From positions 53,647,431 through 53,687,617 of the forward strand of contig NC_068996.1 in the NCBI RefSeq assembly GCF_001194135.2: a DNA stretch of 40,187 nucleotides. Reading direction: 5' to 3'. This DNA is from Octopus bimaculoides (Eukaryota). The position numbers and the translations under genes are program-made. Below are positions 32,451-40,187 of the stretch, piece by piece (position 1 is the first letter of the stretch; every line of letters starts with the position of its first letter). Under the pieces are notes generated by a model, which saw only the letters and a program-made list of their open reading frames with translations, did no database searches and was not told the origin of the DNA.

Positions 32451-33759
32451 TAATATCACTGCACTCGCTTTGATCAGAAGAAAATTTTGTGTCAGTAAGC
32501 TTCATCAATTTTTTTCATTTGAAATGATTGTTTCTTGTTGTCTGTTTTGTCACAGACCAGGTGAACACAGTGGACACTTGCTGTGTTTCGTCCCGTGTTC
32601 AATATTTTGTTGAGGTGAAAAATTGTCATCATTATTTAGAAAAAAATACGGATTTCACCGAAGAAGTCCTAACAATTTTGCATAGCAGGCAAAGCAAAGA
32701 GAGGAAGCGAGGAAGAACGGAAAGAAAATGAGCGAAGCCATACTTTAGCTGCCATGGTTACGAAAAACAGCATTGGTGTTACAGTCAGTCTGATACATTA
32801 CTGCAAGACCAAGGGTCTATTGCACGTGCAAGCAGTAGCAGCGGCAGCGGCAACAACAGTAGTACCCCAACCAGGAAACAAGAAAAATGACCATTATACC
32901 AACATCAGCAGAAATTGCATCAACTTCACTGACTATCACGATTCATCTGCAAGCTTGACTGCCCAGAAGACCGTGTTTTATCGTTGCTGCAAGTCAACAG
33001 AACAAGCATTTGTTTACGGAAAGAGTCAAAGAGGCTGTCAAGAAATACAAAGGCGATATTGTGCACTGCAGTGACATATCTCTCCAAACGACACGCATCA
33101 ATGAACACTGATGTACAAATGCCTCACCGCTGAAGAGTTATATCATACCAGCCTCGGGACTACAGATATTTATTTTTCACTCAGACTGTTACAGTGGTCT
33201 ACATGTATCTGCTTATAAGAACTGGTTAGTCTCATACCACTTCCACTTCAGTGTTCTTGAAATACTCATCAATCCTCCTTTAGTCTCACATGTTTTGAGT
33301 ACCACTGCACCCAAGTTTCTGCACTATCCTCAGTCCTTCTTCCTAGAATTCCCTTTCTCTTCATGTTTTTCTTGCAACAATCAACTATCCAAGAGAAATA
33401 TCAACTATATCTGTCTCACCACTCTTGGAAGATCTGCAAAGTCTCTGGATACAGCTATTTCCTGCAGCTTTCCGCCAACCAGTCAAACACTTGAGAAACA
33501 ATTCTGTCAAAACAGGAATCGAAACAGTAACTACAACGTCAGCCATACGAACATCAACAACAACAGTAACATAAGTTCTACAATCCAATCCCTTTCTTGG
33601 AAAGAAGTGGCATCGAATTTTTCAGTTTTCCTGACTTTATCCAAAGTGATGGCAGTGAAACCGAATGCGGACAGAGCTCTGGGAGCTCTAATCTTCCATG
33701 GATAGCGGGTTCTTCAACCAGCTTTCTATTATATTGTGTATACACTCTTGCTGTCGTCG

Positions 33760-33910
33760 TCGTAGTCCTCCTCGTCCTCCTCCTCCTCCTCCTCTTCTTC
33801 TTCTTCTTCTTCTTCTTCTTCTTCTTCTTCTTCTTCTTCTTCTTCTTCTTCTTCTTCTTCTTCTTCTTCTTCTTCTTCTTCTTCTTCTTCTTCTTCTTCT
33901 TCTTCTCCTC
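33760..33910. repeat. (TCC)n/(TTC)n microsatellite
   Basis: Direct reading. Confidence 0.98.
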
Positions 33911-35102
33911 CAGGTGGTCCTTAAGTGTTCTATACTAAAAAAGGATAATTTGATACTTCTGTTTCCAATATATTTAATTCATAGTCAATTTCATGTTAAT
34001 TTTGCTAATTACTTTCACGTAATACCTTTGGGTATTCGCGCGTTAAGTAAATTAAAGTAACTTATTGAGAAAAAAAAATTAAAGAGTGGTTAGATCTATG
34101 AAGTGTTTATTTGTGAGGTCAGTTGTACACTTGAAAATTTTTAGGGTTCACGGGATAACATTTGTTTATCTATATGAATAACAAGCATTTTCACAACTTG
34201 TTCTGCGTTTTTACAACTTGTTCGAATCAAAGCAAAAATATCTTCACCCATCGATGTTTATTGCAATTAAATATTCTTATTAGCATAAAATTTTTTTTTT
34301 TTAGTTATAAAGACAAAACAAAGCAAGTTATAAAAATAATACAACTGGATGGTTTTATCTGGTATTTCAGTATTTTAGAGCTAGGACACGTCCTTCAGGA
34401 AATCTTTGGAAAAATGTTGTTTGCTGACAACACCATTTTCCTGAAGATTTCGTGAAGGAGAAATATTGAAATGCAAAGACTAATTACGAACTATCGACAT
34501 GAATTATTATCATCTCTTTATCACAGGTTTTGTTGGAGCTCCTGGAGTTTTGCATGCATAACGAGCTTACCACCCGCAGCCTACGGTACCATGCTATTCG
34601 TTCTTTTCAGCTATCTAATACTTACCTGATTATTCTGGCCGTGCCAAGGAGGCATATCATATGCTGCAGTAAATTATTCTCTGCATAATTGTTTCCGGAA
34701 TTTGGCGCGCCAGAGCTGAGACATTTTGAAAAATAACCTCAATGTAATCGGTGGAACTGTACGCAAGTTTTATTTTATGAAAACAATTCCTGTATAGTTC
34801 TGCAAATTATATTGATTCTAGAACGATTGTGCTGATGAGAACACGGATGTTGTTACGTAAGCAAAACGTTAATGTTCGAAACCGGTACACAATTAATTCT
34901 TTATTCTGTATATTTCTCATTTTTTCTTGCCCGCTTATGTTCTGGTGTTTTGCGAAATTTTTTTCTGGAGAACATTATTTTTCTTTGTAGTTGGGTCGTT
35001 GATGACCTCGTTCTAGCATATCGGATGTCCACTTAGTGGTCATCCCTTCTTATATACATTTAATACAATTTTTCTGAATTTTCTGATTTTTTATATGCTA
35101 GG

Positions 35103-35283
35103 NNNNNNNNNNNNNNNNNNNNNNNNNNNNNNNNNNNNNNNNNNNNNNNNNNNNNNNNNNNNNNNNNNNNNNNNNNNNNNNNNNNNNNNNNNNNNNNNNN
35201 NNNNNNNNNNNNNNNNNNNNNNNNNNNNNNNNNNNNNNNNNNNNNNNNNNNNNNNNNNNNNNNNNNNNNNNNNNNNNNNNNNN
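35103..35283. other. Assembly gap (N-run)
   Basis: N-run. Confidence 1.
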
Positions 35284-35284
35284 N

Positions 35285-35355
<71 letters not shown>

Positions 35356-35391
35356 CTGTGTGTGTGTGTGTGTGTGTGTACTAACAATTAG

Positions 35392-36031
35392 AACTATAAA
35401 TAATGGGTAATTCTTAGTAGATATATTAATATTAAAATATAAAATATATGGTAAATATGGACATAAAGTTTTAGTTACAGATAACTGTATTTTATAAAAG
35501 GTGAAAGGATTTTTATTTAAGTACATATCTTAGGAATGTGTGATTAATATATCTTTAACATAATTGGTAGTCTTAATTTAAAGATACTACGTATCAATTG
35601 AATAATGGTTCTAATTTTTATTAATTTCATTAATTTTGATCTATTAACGCAAGCGCTTTCCTCAATTAAGCTCGTGTAAATCTATTCACACTATTGTGTA
35701 AACAAATATATTGTGCACAAATATCAATGACGTAATATTCAGGTAATTAGTAAGCGATTTTGATTCTTTATTGTCTAATAGCTTTAGTGGGTTATCCTGA
35801 ACACAAGATAAACCACCCTCCATTAAATACAGTGTAAAAGTCACCAGGACTATAAATTTAGGTGGTATTTTAGGATTAATATACCAATAACTATAACTAT
35901 AAATGTTAAGTAATTCTTCGTAGAGATCATATTTATATTAAAATATAAAATAGATGGTAAACATGGACTTATGTCCATATTTTTATTTACGGGTAACTGT
36001 ATTATATAAAGGTTAAATGGATTTTAATTTA
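35392..36031. repeat. AT-rich diverged direct repeat (~130 bp, period ~503 bp)
   Basis: AACTATAAAT..GTAATTCTT.GTAGA..ATATTAAAATATAAAATA.ATGGTAAA.ATGGAC..TAACTGTATT.TATAAA.GGT..A.GGATTTT at 35392-35520 and 35895-36031. Confidence 0.75.
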
Positions 36032-36434
36032 CGCACAAATACGTAATGAAAATATTACATATACGTAAGTATGGTTTTTAAAAAGAAAAATAATAATAAT
36101 TTATTGTTTAACTATAATTTCTAGATTGCAACTGGGTGGCTTATGATAAATTTCTTAAGTGATTAAATACGTTAATGACATTTCGATCTATCATAAGTAA
36201 TAGTCTAAATTAGGAATAATGTTTTTTAGCTTCTAGTTTAAAGTAATCGTATCGAAATATTGTTTAAGTTAACTGACAGATATTTTGTTTTTGTTTGTTT
36301 GAACACATTACACACACGCACGCGCACAAATGCATTAAACAAGTTTGTATTTACATAATACACAAGTAACGCGATTTTGACCCTGTGGACCCCATCGGCC
36401 GCAACAAATCTGGTTTTTCCAGATTTATTTTTAA

Positions 36435-37200
36435 ATGGCTCCGGTGATACTTGAGAAACGAACCCCAAGTGTCACTCGTGCCTGGAGCCAGGTCATATCA
36501 AAAAGAACTGCCCCCAGGACCATGGTGAAGTCCTGGATCAGTTACTGGAAGCCACCTCCCCTACCCAGTCAAAGGGAGAGGTGGATGTGGTTGAAACCTC
36601 AACCCAAAAAGGATTAAAAGGGAAGAAGGCGGGCAACAATGGTTGCCTGCCGAAGGACCCTAAGACTTCGGGAGGTGGGGGAGAGACTCCGGACAAAGTG
36701 GAAGAGCTCCACTCTCCTGAAGTCAGGAAGAAAAGAGAAAGAAGAAGGATGGGTCATTGCAGGTAGACGATGATGTGCCGTCTGCATGTCCCGAAGGTCC
36801 GTTGGTGGGAGTTGAGCTACCGACGGAGGAAGAGCCTTCGTCGGTAGGAATTGTGCCACTGACGGTGGAAGAAACGACACTCACCCTTAAAGATGAAGAA
36901 TTACTTGTCTTCTTCTACAAGGGCGGAGAGGTGGAAAAAATAGTGGAGGAATACAAAGAGACAGTAGATATGGCCTGCACACGGGATCCCGAATGGCCTC
37001 CGCAGATAGCTGTGGAGGTCATAAGGTTTTCCGTGTGGGAAAAACTGAAAAGGCTGAAAGAGGAATGTCGCATATGGCCGGGTGGCCCTAACCTGACATA
37101 TGCTTTGTACATGAATGAGGCATGGGAAATGGCAGGGTACGGGACCATAAGCGACAATGAAGATAATGATGGATGTATTGATGGATATATTGATGAATAG
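36435..37200 (+). pseudogene. Frameshifted gag-like LINE ORF1 remnant with intact CCHC zinc knuckle and acidic C-terminal region
   Basis: ETNPKCHSCLEPGHIKKNCPQ (Cys codons at 36470 and 36509) in an open frame 36455-36766. APVILEKR lies just upstream in another frame (compare VAIEGRRP at 21.8 kb). A second 147-codon frame runs 36757-37200. Confidence 0.65.
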
Positions 37201-37499
37201 GAGGTGAAAAAGCCTCGTTAGTATTAAATAGTAAGAAAGTTTGAAACCTCATCCTATTTAATTTAAATGCATTATTTATGATGGTTTAAAACCTCAATTG
37301 TATGTGTTCTTTTTTTTAAAAAGAAAACATGAAACCTCATATTGATTTTTAAAAAAGAAAATATGTTTTCGAGAAAAATCCAATCAGCGGGTGTTGGGTT
37401 TCGTCTTTCATCTATTCATTTTATTTCATTTTCATTCATTAATGCGTTTATCCAGCGCGCAGTTACCCTGTATACTGCCTTTATGGCAAATAAAATGAA

Positions 37500-37950
37500 A
37501 TAAAGTAGCTTGCTTCCCAGCCACATGGTTCTGGGTTCGACCCCACTGCGTGGCACCTTGGGCAAGTGTCTTCTACTATAGCCTCAGGCCTACCAATGCC
37601 TTGTGAGTGGATTTGGTATGGTAGATGGAAACTGAAAGAAGCCCNNNNNNNNNNNNNNNNNNNNNNNNNNNNNNNNNNNNNNNNNNNNNNNNNNNNNNNN
37701 NNNNNNNNNNNNNNNNNNNNNNNNNNNNNNNNNNNNNNNNNNNNNNNNNNNTGTGTGTGTGTGTGTGTGTGTCTGTTTGTATCCCCACCATCGCCTGACA
37801 ACCGATGCTGGCGTTTTTACGTCCCCGCAACTTAGCGGTTCGGGAAAAATTACTGACGGAATAAGTACTAGGCTTACAAAGAATAAGTTCTGAGGTCGAT
37901 TTGCTCGACTGAAAGCGGTGCTCCAGCATGGCCGCAGTCAAATGACTGGA
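37500..37950 (+). mobile_element. SINE family B spanning a gap in its internal microsatellite
   Basis: Head at 37500-37644 and 3' part at 37770-37950. Confidence 0.9.
37645..37751. other. Assembly gap (N-run)
   Basis: N-run. Confidence 1.
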
Positions 37951-38174
37951 AAAAAAATTAACATTAAAAAGTGAACGATCAGTTTCCATTCACAATGTCA
38001 CAACCTGTCTACAAGGGGATCTTTTAAAGGACGAAACCGATTTTTGCGGTGTAGGATATATTTATCGTCTGTTAGGGAGGAAATATCTAGTCTCTACTTA
38101 GCAATATTGAGACCTCTAAATTTGTAATATGATATGTGTATGCTCCAAGTACATCCGTCGTTTATATGTTAATG

Positions 38175-38211
<37 letters not shown>

Positions 38212-38788
38212 TGCATATCTATATCTATTTTGCACACATGTATTTGCATCTTTGGGTATTTTAATGTTTGGGTATGCGAGCGCGTGTGTTTGTGTGCCCT
38301 GGGCATGTACCTGTTTATGTGTGTGTGTGTGTGTGTGTTTATCTTTCGCTGACGTACGTGAAGGATGTAAACATTAGTGGGAGGGTAAAATAAAAATGAA
38401 TTAATTTGTGAGGAGGTATCATATGCGTAGGAGTGAGTATATGTTGCTACAAGTGCATTAAGAAGATAATTATAACGAATATTTCGTTAGGTTCAGCGAA
38501 TAATTAGTAATGCAGGCAAGCTAGTTATAGCAGGATAATGGTTAAGTATGGAAAAATTATGGGAAAGAAAGTAAACGACTCTGGTCTGATCGACTGTTGT
38601 AACAAAAACCAGAAACAATTTCTGCTTGTTTGGGACAACCACAAAGTGATATGGGGCCTTAAATCAATACTTTAATAAAATGACTAGTGAAAGCGATGGC
38701 GGACAGTTGACCATTGTACTCGGCGGTGTTGTCAGTGTGAAGCAAGATCTTGGAATTGTTATACGTAAACAAAAATAATTTATATAGA

Positions 38789-38950
38789 CGTAGGAGTGGC
38801 TGTGTGATAAGTAGCTTGCTTACGAACCACAAGGTTCCGGGTTCAGTCCCACTGCGTGGCACCTTGGGCAAGTGTCTTCTACTATAGCCTCGGGCCGACT
38901 AAAGCCTTGTGAGTGGATTTGGTAGACGGAAACTGAAAAGAAGCCCGTCG
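38789..38950 (+). mobile_element. SINE family B head, running into (TA)n and a gap
   Basis: GTAGGAGTGGCTGTGTGATAAGTAGCTTGC..GGTTCAGTCCCACTGCGTGGCACCTTGGGCAAGTGTCTTCTAC. Confidence 0.9.
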
Positions 38951-38963
38951 TATATATGTATAT

Positions 38964-39002
<39 letters not shown>

Positions 39003-39459
39003 NNNNNNNNNNNNNNNNNNNNNNNNNNNNNNNNNNNNNNNNNNNNNNNNNNNNNNNNNNNNNNNNNNNNNNNNNNNNNNNNNNNNNNNNNNNNNNNNNN
39101 NNNNNNNNNNNNNNNNNNNNNNNNNNNNNNNNNNNNNNNNNNNNNNNNNNNNNNNNNNNNNNNNNNNNNNNNNNNNNNNNNNNNNNNNNNNNNNNNNNNN
39201 NNNNNNNNNNNNNNNNNNNNNNNNNNNNNNNNNNNNNNNNNNNNNNNNNNNNNNNNNNNNNNNNNNNNNNNNNNNNNNNNNNNNNNNNNNNNNNNNNNNN
39301 NNNNNNNNNNNNNNNNNNNNNNNNNNNNNNNNNNNNNNNNNNNNNNNNNNNNNNNNNNNNNNNNNNNNNNNNNNNNNNNNNNNNNNNNNNNNNNNNNNNN
39401 NNNNNNNNNNNNNNNNNNNNNNNNNNNNNNNNNNNNNNNNNNNNNNNNNNNNNNNNNNN
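39003..39459. other. Assembly gap (N-run)
   Basis: N-run between (TA)n and (CA)n. Confidence 1.
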
Positions 39460-39517
<58 letters not shown>

Positions 39518-39874
39518 CCAGTGACGTATCGATCTTACTGTATAATAGCATTTGTTAGCCGATACCTGAAGAGGACGAGCTGTTTAAAGTAGACTACTAG
39601 GTTTATACGCGCGTTGAATTTACCTGTCTCTATATAAATATATATATATGCAAATTATTAAGGTAGGTATTCGTAATTTACAACCGAAAGGTACAAGTAT
39701 AGACGTCACTAAAGTGACGGAGGGTGGTAGTCAGCACCAGCATTGCTAGAAATAAGAGTCAAAGCAACTATTAGCCACGTACTTACAACTGTTTTGACTT
39801 ACCTAACAACTGTTTCGACTCTTATTTCCAGCAATGCTGTTACTGACTAGTACCGTCAGACACTTTAGTGACGA

Positions 39875-39972
39875 CTGTATGTATGTATGTATGTGTGTTG
39901 TGTGTGTATGTGTGTGCGCTTGTACGTGTGTGTGTATATATGTACGTACGGACGTCTCTCTTTCTCTCTCTG

Positions 39973-40035
<63 letters not shown>
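39875..40035. repeat. Compound (TATG)/(TG)/(CT)/(TA) microsatellite
   Basis: Direct reading. Confidence 0.95.
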
Positions 40036-40187
40036 GGGAGAATATACAAATAATAACAACAGACGAGGACAGGTGGTGTAAATAACAAAAGTATATATTA
40101 GTATGACGCTCGGGAATACGGAAAGTCTTTGACGTTTCGAGCTACGCTCTTCAACAGAAAGAATACGGAGACAAGGAGAAAAACACG
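40036..40187 (-). mobile_element. Penelope-like pseudo-LTR remnant, continues past window end
   Basis: Contains the mini-hammerhead motif at 40126-40162 and is related to 5860-6020. Confidence 0.55.
40126..40162 (-). ncRNA. Minimal type I hammerhead-like motif with core substitution (CUGUUGA)
   Basis: TCTTT-CTGTTGA-A-GAGC-GTA-GCTC-GAAA-CG-TC-AAAGA. Stem I (5 bp) and stem II (4 bp) are perfect, with a palindromic ACGU at stem III. Confidence 0.6.

Noticed and set aside
32750-33710. ORFs 32754-33074 and 33295-33705 as genes, and CTGAAGAG at ~33130 as a hammerhead
   Set aside because: Low-complexity S/N/T-rich frames without motifs, and the putative core lacks a paired stem II and GAAA. Possibly old PLE debris but unsupported.
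34618-34628. U1 snRNA 5' end (ATACTTACCTG)
   Set aside because: The match stops after 11 nt. It is better explained as a minus-strand CAG|GTAAGTAT donor or chance.
35390-36300. Mitochondrial insertion (NUMT)
   Set aside because: AT-rich, but I found no recognisable mitochondrial tRNA, rRNA or protein motif.
38659-38790. KILLHTDN as a mariner DDD motif
   Set aside because: No HDNARPH or SPDLAP context, no TIRs, and the frame is short.
383-40085. Most ORF-track entries (YI, CV, HT, MYVC, poly-L/F/K/Y/X repeats)
   Set aside because: They are translations of microsatellites or N-gaps with no protein signal.

Overview
Eukaryotic, AT-rich, repeat-dominated DNA from a draft assembly with 7 N-gaps, six of them bordered by a microsatellite on at least one side. 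The recurring tRNA-derived SINE families and microsatellite density point to a cephalopod, most likely Octopus (inference). No long intact ORF is present, and most ORF-track entries are microsatellite or gap artefacts. Supported content: a decayed Tc1-like transposon with DD37E spacing and IR-DR terminal repeats (1063-3015); two Dong/R4-like non-LTR retrotransposon fragments (RT at ~7.3-9.0 kb; zinc knuckle plus RLE at 16.3-17.3 kb, inserted in a SINE's internal (TACA)n); a palindromic element with a 9-bp TSD and inverted (TTAGGG)n/(CCCTAA)n at its centre (20040-20810); gag-like CCHC ORF1 remnants; Penelope-like remnants; and at least 11 SINE copies or fragments. A tentative phase-consistent 5-exon minus-strand gene (15439-11441) would encode an unrecognised 106-aa protein with one hydrophobic segment. 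The most interesting signal is a non-coding block at 26.2-27.3 kb built from a ~400-nt unit in tandem and inverted arrangement. It carries minimal type I hammerhead ribozyme motifs on both strands, consistent with a Penelope pseudo-LTR array or a retrozyme-like element. Further mini-hammerhead motifs occur at 5.9 kb and 40.1 kb. All calls were made by eye without database searches.
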